DNA of 32,000 bases from Taishania pollutisoli (GCF_014518315.1 NZ_JACVEL010000008.1:48016-80015); one strand, 5' to 3'. Numbered from the stretch's first letter, positions 1 to 9,770 are shown. Made by a program: numbers and translations. The notes: generated from the sequence alone by a model not told the origin.

Positions 1-71
1 ATTACCCGTTTGTGCCCGATACTTCATTTCTGCCTGTTATCTTTTAACTGAAATATACAATATTGTACATT

Positions 72-458
72 ATGACAACAGAAGAAAAAATCAAACAATC
101 GGAAACACGTATCTTTAAAGCTGTTTTTCCCAACACAACCAATCATTACGACACGCTGTTCGGTGGAACCGCCATGCAACTAATGGATGAAGTCGCATTT
201 ATTTCGGCTACCCGTTTTTCCCGTCAACGGATGGTAACTGTCAGCAGCGACCGGATTGACTTTAAACAGCCAATTCCTGCAGGTACCATTATTGAATTAG
301 TGGGCAAGGTGAGTTATCTGGGAAATACCAGTCTGAAGGTAAAAGTTGACATTTACGTAGAACAAATGTACCAGGAACAACGCGAAAAAGCGGTAAGCGG
401 AGAATTTACATTTGTTGCGGTGGATGAAGAAAAACGTCCGGTGTCCATCACCTTCTGA
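72..458 (+). CDS. acyl-CoA thioesterase (single hotdog fold, YciA-like)
   Basis: Track ORF 63..458 begins with TTG; the first ATG is at 72. The translation carries the YciA-type core (NHYDTLFGGTAMQLMDEVAF ... VTVSSDRIDFKQPIPAGTIIEL ... FTFVAVDEEKRP). Confidence 0.8.
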   Translation: MTTEEKIKQSETRIFKAVFPNTTNHYDTLFGGTAMQLMDEVAFISATRFSRQRMVTVSSDRIDFKQPIPAGTIIELVGKVSYLGNTSLKVKVDIYVEQMYQEQREKAVSGEFTFVAVDEEKRPVSITF

Positions 459-482
459 TCGTCCCCTGAAGCAAGATTTCCA

Positions 483-1865
483 TCACTTTGCGAGAATGGT
501 TACGTGCTCAACACGAATAAATTGTTCATGGATAATAGCTACCTGATAATTTCCCGGTAAAAGTCGTGATGTATCAAGTGTATTACTCCCTTCTTTCATT
601 TCAGAACGGAGCACCTGACGCCCGTTTACATCATACATTGAAAGAACAGCCTCTCCTGCGGGAAGTGTTACCACCATGTACGTTCCTGCGGGATTCGGAT
701 ATATGTGCAAAACCGGTTGCTCTGCATTATTCAGTGACAACTGGTTTCCTTCATTTCGCCAGATAATATTGCTAACCAACAAATCCATATCGCCGTCATT
801 ATCAAAATCGGCCGCTTCTACCAGACAATTCATAATGTCCGCATGAATGGGTTGTGACAGGGTAAACGAACTATCTGCATTCGTAATCGCCAGACTTGAG
901 AACTGTTCGAGAAAAAACTCATTCGAACCCGCGATAAAGACATCCGCGACACCGTCATTATCAAAGTCTGCCACATCTGCTGCAGAAGGCTCTCCGAACA
1001 CAGGGAAATTAGTTTGTACCTCTGTAAATGTTTCATCTCCGTTGTTGTAATAAATCGTTGTATAATTGGATGCACTTGTGCTATCAACTCCGGAAACAAA
1101 CAAATCGTCCCATCCATCCGCATTAAAATCAACCCAATCAATTGTCCCCCGACCACCGAAGAAATGATTGCCCGTCAAAACAAATTGTCCGTTTCCCGCA
1201 TTCTTATATAAATAAGTTCTCGAAAAATTCCCATCTCCCGTCAAACTCAAATCCGGAAGTCCGTCGTTGTTAAAATCACACCATTTCATTTCCCCGGAAG
1301 GCAATGCTTCAAACGATTGAGCTACAATTGAGAAATTCAGATTTCCTTCATTTTTGAACAGGATAACAGCTTCCGTAAAAACAGTATTGTACCCCGAAGC
1401 GACGATATCCAAAAAACCGTTGCCGTCAAAATCGGCCAGTGCAATGCTCCCTGTAGAAAGTCCCGGAAACGTATCAATTACACCAAATGTTCCGTCTCCG
1501 TTACTCACATAAATATTCAATTCCGGTTCTCCGCTTCCCAAATTCAGCCCGGATGCGATTAAATCCTGGAATCCGTCATTGTTTAAATCACCCCAGGCAA
1601 GGGCAGGCGTGTGCAACATCGGAAAAGAAGTAGCAACAGTGAATCCGCCCGGTGTATTTTTATACAGAACAAAAACATCCGTATCATGTATTGCCTGTGC
1701 AATGTAAGCGATATCTTTGCGTCCGTCACCATCGTAATCTCCCCAGGCAGCAGCTCCGTAAGCTCCTTTTTGAAGTGAATCCGCCTTTACGAAATGTTGT
1801 GCTTGCAAGTTCACCGGAACCAACAGCAGCACTAGTGCACATCTAATAAAACGATCTTTAATCAT
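483..1865 (-). CDS. secreted FG-GAP/VCBS repeat protein with T9SS C-terminal sorting domain
   Basis: Signal peptide (ALVLLLVPVNLQAQ). Seven D-x-[DN]-x-DG-x-x-D loops (GDYDGDGRKDI, GDLNNDGFQDL, ADFDGNGFLDI, CDFNNDGLPDL, VDFNADGWDDL, ADFDNDGVADV, ADFDNDGDMDL) suggest a 7-bladed propeller. The C-terminus LHIYPNPAG...LLPGNYQV fits the T9SS type-A tail pattern. Confidence 0.85.
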   Translation of the reverse strand: MIKDRFIRCALVLLLVPVNLQAQHFVKADSLQKGAYGAAAWGDYDGDGRKDIAYIAQAIHDTDVFVLYKNTPGGFTVATSFPMLHTPALAWGDLNNDGFQDLIASGLNLGSGEPELNIYVSNGDGTFGVIDTFPGLSTGSIALADFDGNGFLDIVASGYNTVFTEAVILFKNEGNLNFSIVAQSFEALPSGEMKWCDFNNDGLPDLSLTGDGNFSRTYLYKNAGNGQFVLTGNHFFGGRGTIDWVDFNADGWDDLFVSGVDSTSASNYTTIYYNNGDETFTEVQTNFPVFGEPSAADVADFDNDGVADVFIAGSNEFFLEQFSSLAITNADSSFTLSQPIHADIMNCLVEAADFDNDGDMDLLVSNIIWRNEGNQLSLNNAEQPVLHIYPNPAGTYMVVTLPAGEAVLSMYDVNGRQVLRSEMKEGSNTLDTSRLLPGNYQVAIIHEQFIRVEHVTILAK

Positions 1866-2030
1866 CTGATTAGTTTTGACATAAGACGTAATTCAACTCC
1901 TGAAAGTTGTATCTTATTTACATGGAATTTAATTTTCGCAAACACGCTCAGAGCTACCAACGGAAGATCAAAAAAACAGGACATTTTCAACATCATGACA
2001 TAATTGTTATATTCGCACAAAATTTAAATC

Positions 2031-3116
2031 ATGAAGTACGTAACTCTAAACGATAAACACATCGCATTAGGAGCTAAAATGGTTTCTTTTGCAGGATTCA
2101 ACATGCCCGTTCAATATGAAGGAGTCAACAGCGAACACGAAACAGTTCGCAACGGTGTAGGTGTATTTGATGTTTCTCACATGGGAGAGTTTTTAATAAC
2201 AGGTGACAAGGCATTGGAGTTGATCCAGAAAGTTGTTTCCAATGACGCGTCTAAACTGACAGACGGAAAAGCTCAATATGCATGTATGCCAAATGAAACC
2301 GGTGGAATTGTTGACGACTTGATTATTTACCGATTCAGCGCTGAAAAATATTTGTTGGTGGTCAATGCTTCCAATATTGAGAAAGATTGGAACTGGATCA
2401 GCAAATACAACGAAGCAATTGGTGCGGAAATGCGTAACTTATCAGATGATTATTCTCTGTTGGCAATCCAGGGTCCGAAAGCAGCAGAAGCAATGCAATC
2501 GTTGACAAGTGTAAAATTGGATGAAATCCCGTACTATAGTTTCGAGGTGGGTCCGTTTGCAGGTGTTGACTATGTAATCATTTCGGCGACGGGGTACACC
2601 GGAAGCGGTGGTTTTGAAGTGTATTGTAAAAACAGTGAAGTCGAGCAAATCTGGAACAAGGTATTTGAAGCAGGTGCACCTTTCGGAATCAAACCGATCG
2701 GGTTGGCAGCACGCGATACACTGCGTCTGGAAATGGGATTCTGCCTGTATGGAAATGACATTGATGACACCACTTCTCCGCTGGAAGCAGGATTGGGATG
2801 GGTAACAAAGTTCACAAAAGATTTTGTCAATTCAGATCAACTTCAAAAACAAAAAGAAGAAGGTGTCAGCAGAAAATTGGTTGCTTTTGAATTAGTTGAC
2901 AGAGGAATTCCGCGTCACGATTATGAAATCACGGACGGAAACGGAAAGGTGATCGGAAAGGTTACTTCGGGAACGATGTCTCCGAGTTTAAAACTGGGTA
3001 TCGGACTGGGATATGTTCCAACAGAATTGGCAGCATTGGATTCTGAAATTTTCATCAAAATCCGTGACAAGGAACTGAAAGCAAAAGTTGTAAAAGCTCC
3101 TTTCTATAAAAAATAA
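2031..3116 (+). CDS. gcvT: glycine cleavage system aminomethyltransferase (T protein)
   Basis: 361 aa with the full-length GcvT pattern ([18 protein letters not shown]...[11 protein letters not shown]...[18 protein letters not shown]). Confidence 0.95.
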   Translation: MKYVTLNDKHIALGAKMVSFAGFNMPVQYEGVNSEHETVRNGVGVFDVSHMGEFLITGDKALELIQKVVSNDASKLTDGKAQYACMPNETGGIVDDLIIYRFSAEKYLLVVNASNIEKDWNWISKYNEAIGAEMRNLSDDYSLLAIQGPKAAEAMQSLTSVKLDEIPYYSFEVGPFAGVDYVIISATGYTGSGGFEVYCKNSEVEQIWNKVFEAGAPFGIKPIGLAARDTLRLEMGFCLYGNDIDDTTSPLEAGLGWVTKFTKDFVNSDQLQKQKEEGVSRKLVAFELVDRGIPRHDYEITDGNGKVIGKVTSGTMSPSLKLGIGLGYVPTELAALDSEIFIKIRDKELKAKVVKAPFYKK

Positions 3117-3118
3117 AC

Positions 3119-4585
3119 ATGAAAAAAGCAGCTGTCATTGGTGCCGGTATCGGCGGGCTTGGTGCAGCTGTCCGCCTGGCAAAAGCCGGTTATGAAGTCA
3201 CCGTATTTGAAGCCAATGGCTTTGCGGGCGGGAAAATAAATTCAAGAACATTGGGTCCGTATCGTTTTGACATGGGCCCTTCTGTTTTTACATGTCCTGA
3301 ATACGTTAAAGAATTGTACGATTTGTGCGGAAAAGATTTCAGTGAATTCAAATACCGGAAACTTCCCGAAACATTCACCTATTTCTTTCCCGACGGTCAG
3401 CAATTTACACTTCCGAATAAGCGGGAAGAACTGTTAAATGTACTGGTCAACGAGTTGGGAGAAGACCCCAAAGCGATTGAAAAATACCTTCGGAAAGCAG
3501 GTAGGAACTACCGCCTTATCGCCCCCCTCTTCATTGAATCTTCCTTGCATAAGTGGGGACATCTGTTGAATAAAAACCTGTTGAAAGCGTTGTGGAACAT
3601 TCCTTCCTACAAGCTCAATTCAACAATGGACGAAGAGAACCGGAAGGCGTTTAAAAACCCGAAAACCGTACAATTGTTTAACCGTTTTGCGTCCTACAAC
3701 GGAAGTAGTCCGTTTGAAACACCTGCAATGCTGAATATGATTTCCCACCTGGAATTAAATGACGGGGCATATTTACCCGCCAACGGAATGGTTCAGATTG
3801 CAGATAAAATAAAGGAACTCGCTGAAGAGCAAGGTGTCCGGTTTGTTTTTAACACAAAGATTGACGAGATTGTCGTACACAATAAAAAAGCGGTCGGTGT
3901 ACGGTACGGCTCAACCGTTTTTGATGCTGATGTGGTATTCTCGAACATGGATATTGCTTACACCTACACGAAACTTTTACCGGGAGAGCAACATCCTGAA
4001 AAAATTTTAGCGCAGGAAAAATCAAGTTCCGCAGTTGTTTTTTACCTGGGGATCCGAAAAAAATTCAACCAGCTGGGAGTACACAATATCTTTTTCTCTG
4101 CTGATTATAAAGAAGAGTATCACCACATTTTTCATAAAAAAGAAATCTACAGTGATCCGACCATCTACCTCAATATTACTTCCAAGGAAGTTCCCGGTGA
4201 TGCACCTGTTGATGGTGAGAACTGGTTTTTGATGATCAATGCTCCCGTTAATGTCGGACAGGACTGGCAGGAATATACGCAACGGTTACGCACAGTAATG
4301 ATTGATAAAGTCAGCCGTTTTTTGGGCGAAGACATCCGTCCGTACATTGAGGTTGAAGATGTCATGAACCCGGTATTGATTGAAGAATGGTACAGTGGAA
4401 AGCAAGGCTCCATTTACGGGAACTCTTCCAACAGTAAATTCGCTGCGTTTTACCGGCATCCGAATTTTTCGAAGCAAATTAAACAGCTCTATTTCGTAGG
4501 TGTTACCGTGCATCCGGGAGGCGGTATTCCCCTGGCACTCAATTCCGCAAAAATCGCTGTGCGCTGCCTGTTGGAATCAAACTGA
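3119..4585 (+). CDS. phytoene desaturase-family FAD-dependent oxidoreductase (CrtI/CrtD-like)
   Basis: N-terminal Rossmann motif VIGAGIGGLGAAVRLAKAGYEVTVFEA..GGK. Length and C-terminal VGVTVHPGGGIPLAL are typical of the CrtI family. It starts 2 nt after the gcvT stop. No other carotenoid genes are in the window. Confidence 0.75.
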   Translation: MKKAAVIGAGIGGLGAAVRLAKAGYEVTVFEANGFAGGKINSRTLGPYRFDMGPSVFTCPEYVKELYDLCGKDFSEFKYRKLPETFTYFFPDGQQFTLPNKREELLNVLVNELGEDPKAIEKYLRKAGRNYRLIAPLFIESSLHKWGHLLNKNLLKALWNIPSYKLNSTMDEENRKAFKNPKTVQLFNRFASYNGSSPFETPAMLNMISHLELNDGAYLPANGMVQIADKIKELAEEQGVRFVFNTKIDEIVVHNKKAVGVRYGSTVFDADVVFSNMDIAYTYTKLLPGEQHPEKILAQEKSSSAVVFYLGIRKKFNQLGVHNIFFSADYKEEYHHIFHKKEIYSDPTIYLNITSKEVPGDAPVDGENWFLMINAPVNVGQDWQEYTQRLRTVMIDKVSRFLGEDIRPYIEVEDVMNPVLIEEWYSGKQGSIYGNSSNSKFAAFYRHPNFSKQIKQLYFVGVTVHPGGGIPLALNSAKIAVRCLLESN

Positions 4586-4638
4586 TTCCGCATCTCTTTT
4601 GCATTACGTATGGTTTACTCTACGATCAAAAAATTGTG

Positions 4639-4668
4639 AACAAGACGTGTAAAACTTGTTGCTTTTTT
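4639..4668 (+). terminator. weak possible terminator after the CrtI-family gene
   Basis: 6-bp AT-rich stem AACAAG (4639..4644) / CTTGTT (4655..4660), then GC plus T6 (4663..4668). Confidence 0.3.
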
Positions 4669-4692
4669 GGACCTCAATTAAAGTATATTAAC

Positions 4693-4700
4693 TAACTTTG
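4693..4700 (+). promoter_or_regulatory. Bacteroidota sigma-A -7 box (TAnnTTTG) upstream of the fur-family gene
   Basis: Exact TAACTTTG, 16 nt before the ATG at 4717. Confidence 0.5.
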
Positions 4701-4716
4701 CGCTTTACCAAGCGTT

Positions 4717-5160
4717 ATGAGCAATCAGGACATACAAGAAGTTGTAAAAAATATATTTTCAGCATACCTCGAACAAAACGGACACAGGAAAACACCTGAG
4801 CGGTTTGCGATCCTCGCGGAAATCTATAGTTACCCCGGCCACTTTGACGTAGAAACATTGTACATCAAAATGAAAAACCAGAATTACCGGGTTTCCAGGG
4901 CAACACTCTACAATACAATCGAATTACTTCTTGCCTGTAATTTAGTCCGAAAACATCAATTCGGAAAAAACATTGCTCAATTTGAGAAATCACATGGCAA
5001 CAAACAACACGATCATGTCGTTCTCACAGATACAGGCGAAGTCATTGAATTCTGCGATCCCCGGATTCAAACAATCAAATCCACGATTGAAGAAGTGTTT
5101 GGTGTAGAGATTCAGCACCATTCCCTGTATTTTTACGCTGTCAAGAAAAAAGAAGATTAA
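4717..5160 (+). CDS. Fur-family transcriptional regulator
   Basis: Winged-helix region (RFAILAEIYSYPGHFDVETLY...SRATLYNTIELL) followed by a QHDHVV metal-site remnant. No CxxC pairs are present. Confidence 0.75.
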   Translation: MSNQDIQEVVKNIFSAYLEQNGHRKTPERFAILAEIYSYPGHFDVETLYIKMKNQNYRVSRATLYNTIELLLACNLVRKHQFGKNIAQFEKSHGNKQHDHVVLTDTGEVIEFCDPRIQTIKSTIEEVFGVEIQHHSLYFYAVKKKED

Positions 5161-5167
5161 TCCTGTC

Positions 5168-5521
5168 ATGAGTTTTAGCGCGGAATTATCTGTAAAAGAT
5201 ACAGTTCTTATTGTTTCCCTCGAAGGAAAGGTATTGGAGGAATCTGTTCTGAAGCAGTTACTTTCCGATATTGACAGTCAACTGGGAGAAGTAAAAGGAA
5301 AACTGGTTATCAATATTGAAAAACTGGATTATATCAATTCAACCGGAATTAATTTTTTCATCAAAGCACTCACCAAGGCACGCGTTAAAAATGGTGATTT
5401 GATCCTGAGTGGCGCACAGGGAAGCGTATTAACAATTGTACAGGTCTCCAAAATGAACGAGGTCTTCACGATGACAGAAACAGTAGAAGAAGCATTAACA
5501 ATACATAACACAAAGAAATGA
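5168..5521 (+). CDS. STAS-domain protein (anti-sigma-factor antagonist-like)
   Basis: 117 aa with a SpoIIAA-like layout and the conserved L.YINSTGINFF segment (phosphorylatable Ser/Thr position). Its stop overlaps the purA start (ATGA). Confidence 0.75.
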   Translation: MSFSAELSVKDTVLIVSLEGKVLEESVLKQLLSDIDSQLGEVKGKLVINIEKLDYINSTGINFFIKALTKARVKNGDLILSGAQGSVLTIVQVSKMNEVFTMTETVEEALTIHNTKK

Positions 5522-6792
5522 AAGTAGATGTACTTTTAGGATTACAATGGGGCGACGAAGGAAAAGGAAAGATCGTTGACGTATTAACACCTCAGTATGA
5601 CATTATTGCGCGTTTCCAGGGGGGGCCAAACGCAGGTCACACACTTGAGTTTGAAGGAATCAAGCACGTATTGCATACCATTCCTTCCGGAATTTTCAGA
5701 AACGATGTGATCAACATCATCGGTAACGGTGTGGTGATCGATCCGGTCGTTTTTCAGAAAGAACTGGAAAAACTGGCTCCGTTCAACATTGACTACAAAA
5801 AGACACTGCTGGTCTCCAAAAAAGCGCATCTTATTTTGCCAACACACAAGTTACTGGATGCTGCTTCCGAGCACTCAAAAGGAAAAAATAAAATCGGCTC
5901 CACATTGAAAGGAATCGGTCCTACATACATGGATAAAACCGGAAGGAACGGTCTTCGTGTCGGAGACATTTTCTCCCCTAACTTTAAAGAAAAATACGAC
6001 GCATTGGTTGAAAAACACGAAGGAATGCTGAAGCACTTTGAAGGATTTGAGTATGACTTATCAGAACTCGAAAAACCATGGTTTGAAGGAATCGAAATAT
6101 TGCGCGGACTGACAGCTATTGACAGCGAACAATATATGAATACGGCATTAAAGTCCGGCAAGAAAATTCTCGCTGAAGGCGCACAGGGAACGTTATTAGA
6201 TGTTGATTTCGGAACGTATCCGTTTGTGACATCATCCAATACGGTGACAGCAGGTACGTGTACCGGGCTGGGAGTTGCTCCTACGAAAATCGGTAATGTG
6301 ATCGGTATTTTCAAAGCATACTGTACACGTGTGGGATCAGGACCTTTCCCTACGGAACTGGATGACGAGGTAGGTGAATTCATCCGCCAGGAAGGGCATG
6401 AATTTGGTGCAACAACAGGACGCCCGAGAAGAACGGGATGGATTGATCTCCCGGCATTGCGCTATGCGATCATGATCAACGGAGTAACGGAACTTTCAAT
6501 GATGAAAGCAGATGTCCTGGATAAGTTTGAAACAATCAAAGCCTGCACACACTACATCATCAACGGCGAAAAAATGGATTATTTCCCGTTCGACATCAAC
6601 GATGCGGAAGTAACGCCTGTATATGAAGAAATCAAAGGGTGGAATACAGACTTGACAAAATTGACTAATTTTGCCGACGCTCCGCAAGCATTGAAAGATT
6701 ACGTTACTTATTTGGAACGAAATTTGGAAGTGCCCGTAACAGTTGTTTCGGTAGGTCCGGACAGAACGCAAACATTGAATACAAAGAATTGA
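5518..6792 (+). CDS. purA: adenylosuccinate synthase
   Basis: N-terminal GLQWGDEGKGKIVD P-loop, GIGPTY, GTTGRPRR and other PurA signatures over the full 424 aa. Confidence 0.97.
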   Translation: MKVDVLLGLQWGDEGKGKIVDVLTPQYDIIARFQGGPNAGHTLEFEGIKHVLHTIPSGIFRNDVINIIGNGVVIDPVVFQKELEKLAPFNIDYKKTLLVSKKAHLILPTHKLLDAASEHSKGKNKIGSTLKGIGPTYMDKTGRNGLRVGDIFSPNFKEKYDALVEKHEGMLKHFEGFEYDLSELEKPWFEGIEILRGLTAIDSEQYMNTALKSGKKILAEGAQGTLLDVDFGTYPFVTSSNTVTAGTCTGLGVAPTKIGNVIGIFKAYCTRVGSGPFPTELDDEVGEFIRQEGHEFGATTGRPRRTGWIDLPALRYAIMINGVTELSMMKADVLDKFETIKACTHYIINGEKMDYFPFDINDAEVTPVYEEIKGWNTDLTKLTNFADAPQALKDYVTYLERNLEVPVTVVSVGPDRTQTLNTKN

Positions 6793-8513
6793 TTTCGATT
6801 GTTAACATATTCAGAAAATTTGCGCTTGTAATGAGCGCATTTTTTTTGTGTACTGCCATTTATGCTCAGTTCGGGGAATTACTCCCCGGTTCCAGCGCAT
6901 TGATATACGATGAAAAATCAGGTGTCCACAAACTGCTGGATGGTGCCAATTTTGTATACCAGGGAAATACCATGTATTGTGATTCAGCCTATTATTTTGA
7001 GAAAAACAGAACCATTCGCGCTTACGGAAATGTTCACATTCGTAAAACAGATAATGTCAACTTATTTTGCGATTCACTCTGTTATTATTCTTCCAACGGA
7101 TTGGCAACACTCTGGGGAAATGTAAGAGCGACTGATTCTCAATACCGGTTGACGACTGATTCCATGACATACAACACGAGAAATGAGCAGGGAATTTACC
7201 GGAACGGAGGGAAAATAGAAAACATGCTGAAACCGGAAGTGCTTACCAGCAAGATCGGCTACTTTTACCCCAACTCCAAAAACTTTTTCTTCCGTACCAA
7301 TGTCGTGTATACTTCTGACGAACTGCGTATGACAACCGATTCGCTACAATACAAATACCAGAAAAGCACCTGTTATTTTTACGGCCCGACCTGTATTGTA
7401 ACGGAAGATGCATTTATGGAAGGAGAACGGGGATGGTACAACATGGAAACAGAAGACGGTAGCCTGATTAAAAATGCGGTCATTGAACAGGAATCACGCA
7501 TTATAAAAGGCGACTCGTTGCTGTACGCCCCCAAATCAAAAATTGCCGAAGGGTTTTGTGATGTATTTATTCACGATACCAAAGACAGTATTGCATTTTA
7601 CGGACACTACGCCATTATGGATGATTCGTTGAAATATTCCCTGCTGACCGACGACGCGATGATCATCAAGTACCAAAAAGAAGATACCTTGCACATTCAC
7701 GCAGATACGCTCTACAACAAAAATGATTCACTTGATAACCGCGTGTTGACACTCGGGTATCATGGCGTCAAAATATTCAGCTCAAAAATACAGGGCATCG
7801 GAGACAGCCTTTCGTATGCAAAAGCTGACGGGTATATGGAACTCTATAAAAAACCTATTCTATGGGCTCAAAAAGGGGAACTGAAAGGAGATTCAATGCG
7901 GGTGTACATGAACGATTCAACCATTCATGAAGCACGAATCTGGGGAAAAGCAACCGGAGTAATGGAAATCGACTCCGGCAAGTATTACAACCAAATCGGG
8001 GGAACGGAAATGTTTGCCTATTTTGTTAAAAATGAACTAACGAGTGCAAAGGTGATCGGAAATGCACAAACCATCTACTTCCCCGAAGACGAAGATAAAA
8101 ATCCCCGTCTGCCGGACAGTATTCAACCGATCGATTCCACAAAAACAACGATCCCTGATTTGGACTTCACCTCCCCTTCTCCGATCGATTCGCTTCCTGT
8201 GTTCAATGAAACCGATTCAATGCAGGTGGAGCTGCAACCGACAGATACACTAACGATCAATGATACACTTACCGATTCACTTGCTCTGAAACAACCCGTA
8301 GTCATCAAACGAATGGGAATGAATCGTTTTTATGCTTCCGAAATCAAAATATACCTGGACAGCGGAGAAGTCATTGGTGTAACATACTACGAACAACCGG
8401 ATGGTGTCTTTTATCCAATGGATAAAATCAACAAGGAAGAACAATTCATTCAGCATTTTTCTACCAATTTTGCACTCCGTCCGAAATCGGTAGCAGATTT
8501 ACTGAAGGATTAG
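6789..8513 (+). CDS. OstA-like (LptD N-terminal domain-like) secreted protein
   Basis: Signal-peptide-like N-terminus (FRKFALVMSAFFLCTAIYAQ). Repeated beta-jellyroll-type segments (GNVHIRKTDNVNLFCDSLCY.., GNVRATDSQYRLTTDSMTYN) are typical of Bacteroidota OstA-like proteins. The start is uncertain: TTG at 6789 overlaps the purA stop, and ATG at 6831 is the alternative. Confidence 0.6.
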   Translation: MISIVNIFRKFALVMSAFFLCTAIYAQFGELLPGSSALIYDEKSGVHKLLDGANFVYQGNTMYCDSAYYFEKNRTIRAYGNVHIRKTDNVNLFCDSLCYYSSNGLATLWGNVRATDSQYRLTTDSMTYNTRNEQGIYRNGGKIENMLKPEVLTSKIGYFYPNSKNFFFRTNVVYTSDELRMTTDSLQYKYQKSTCYFYGPTCIVTEDAFMEGERGWYNMETEDGSLIKNAVIEQESRIIKGDSLLYAPKSKIAEGFCDVFIHDTKDSIAFYGHYAIMDDSLKYSLLTDDAMIIKYQKEDTLHIHADTLYNKNDSLDNRVLTLGYHGVKIFSSKIQGIGDSLSYAKADGYMELYKKPILWAQKGELKGDSMRVYMNDSTIHEARIWGKATGVMEIDSGKYYNQIGGTEMFAYFVKNELTSAKVIGNAQTIYFPEDEDKNPRLPDSIQPIDSTKTTIPDLDFTSPSPIDSLPVFNETDSMQVELQPTDTLTINDTLTDSLALKQPVVIKRMGMNRFYASEIKIYLDSGEVIGVTYYEQPDGVFYPMDKINKEEQFIQHFSTNFALRPKSVADLLKD

Positions 8514-8646
8514 AACTAAGTTTTTTTTTCCACGAGCATAATGTTCGAGTTTGTTGTGGAAGTTTTGGATTTTAATTTCCGTTCACAAACCAACAACTCT
8601 TCAAATCTGTGGTAAAGAAATCGGTTCTATTTGTTAGACGACGATC

Positions 8647-9546
8647 TTACTCCAAAAACGTTCCGTACCCTTTCAGGCGTTTATTCCAGTATTCGGAATT
8701 ATGAATTTCGGTAATGACAATTCCTTTGGAAGTACTTGCATGAATCATCACCGGAGCCTCTCCTTGTTCGGAAATAATCATTCCTACGTGGTTCACCCCG
8801 CTTCCGTTATCAAAAAATACCAGGTCTCCTTTCTGAACTTTATTTTCTTTCAGTTTTTTAGAATTGGTGTACTGATCTCCGGAGCGTCGCGGAAGGTTAA
8901 CTTTATATGCACTGAACACATAACTCGTAAACCCGGAACAGTCAAATCCAGCAGGTGTACTTCCTGTATAAACATACGGTTTCCCCAACTGTTGTTTAGC
9001 AAATTCAACAATTTCATCCCTGTTCTTCGAATCGAACGAAAACTCACGGACCACTTCTTCCGAAGGCTTCGGTTTTTCAATCGGTACTTCGTCATTGATC
9101 ACCGGTACTTGTTCAAATAATTCGGCTACAATCATCGATAATTGATCGGATTCTTTTTGGTTTCCCTCCCGTTTTAAGTCTCCGATACGGTTCAATAAAT
9201 CCTGCTTCAATGCCGCTACATCACTCAAATGATTCTCAATCACTTCTTGTCCGTCACTGGTTGACAGCAATTTCAGATACAATGCTTTCGCATCTTCCAG
9301 CGCATGAGGGCGCGTCCGTGCCCACTGTTTATTTTCCGTCAGTTGAAATGTACTCAACGCACGGTAAAATGCCGGCACTCTGGAATAATCATATTCAGGT
9401 TTATCCAGTAACTTCCCGGACTGTTTGTAAACTTTCAGGTAATGTCCCTGTGAATAATAAAGTTCCAAACGGTCAAAAGTCGGAGTTTGTGCACTTACTG
9501 TCCCACAAAATAATCCAATCAATCCAATCAACAACCAACGCGTCAT
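8647..9546 (-). CDS. C40-family (NlpC/P60) peptidoglycan peptidase
   Basis: Signal peptide. The C-terminal domain has the catalytic GFDCSGF motif and HVGMI histidine segment. Confidence 0.85.
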   Translation of the reverse strand: MTRWLLIGLIGLFCGTVSAQTPTFDRLELYYSQGHYLKVYKQSGKLLDKPEYDYSRVPAFYRALSTFQLTENKQWARTRPHALEDAKALYLKLLSTSDGQEVIENHLSDVAALKQDLLNRIGDLKREGNQKESDQLSMIVAELFEQVPVINDEVPIEKPKPSEEVVREFSFDSKNRDEIVEFAKQQLGKPYVYTGSTPAGFDCSGFTSYVFSAYKVNLPRRSGDQYTNSKKLKENKVQKGDLVFFDNGSGVNHVGMIISEQGEAPVMIHASTSKGIVITEIHNSEYWNKRLKGYGTFLE

Positions 9547-9770
9547 AATCTACTTTTTCTATACACGAAGAAACAATATTTTATGGCTTTTATTCCTGAC
9601 AACAGAGGAAAGTGGTTAACACCTGAATGTTAATTAACACGTGCTAACGGCAAATAACTGTCTGCAATGTTTACCAATTCCTGACACAAATGAATCCGGT
9701 TATTGACACTTTGTCAGTTTTTTTCCTGTGGTACAAAAATTGAAAAGAGGAATGCAAAAAAGTAATATTC

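Noticed and set aside
1-27. A possible minus-strand gene start (ATG at 27..25, MKYRAQTGN...) running off the left edge.
   Set aside because: Only nine codons are visible, which is too little to distinguish from chance.
1866-2030. Looked for a glycine riboswitch upstream of gcvT.
   Set aside because: None of the conserved GGAGAG / CACCG-type cores or the tandem-aptamer architecture is visible. The region is plain AT-rich spacer.
5619-5625. G7 homopolymer that could be a slippage or phase-variation tract.
   Set aside because: It lies inside purA, encoding the conserved FQGGPN segment (cag ggg ggg cca). This is an essential housekeeping gene with an intact frame, so the tract is most simply codon choice.
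5793-6383. A long antisense ORF (196 aa) inside purA. Similar shadow ORFs in the track include 566..766, 830..1156, 8701..9120, 9210..9548, 12970..13335, 13319..13591, 13471..13797, 14292..14663, 14670..15071, 15072..15434, 16625..17194, 18234..18545, 19160..19531, 22955..23266, 23670..24051 and 26076..26683.
   Set aside because: Each lies entirely opposite, or out of frame with, a gene that has unmistakable family motifs. Their translations are low-complexity (Ser/Phe/Cys-rich) with no recognisable domains. They are the usual shadow ORFs of coding sequence.
9616-9647. CIRCE-like half-sites (TTAACACCT ... ACGTGCTAA) upstream of htpG.
   Set aside because: Only 6/9 and 7/9 positions match TTAGCACTC/GAGTGCTAA. 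The spacer is 14 nt instead of the invariant 9. This is not convincing as an HrcA operator.
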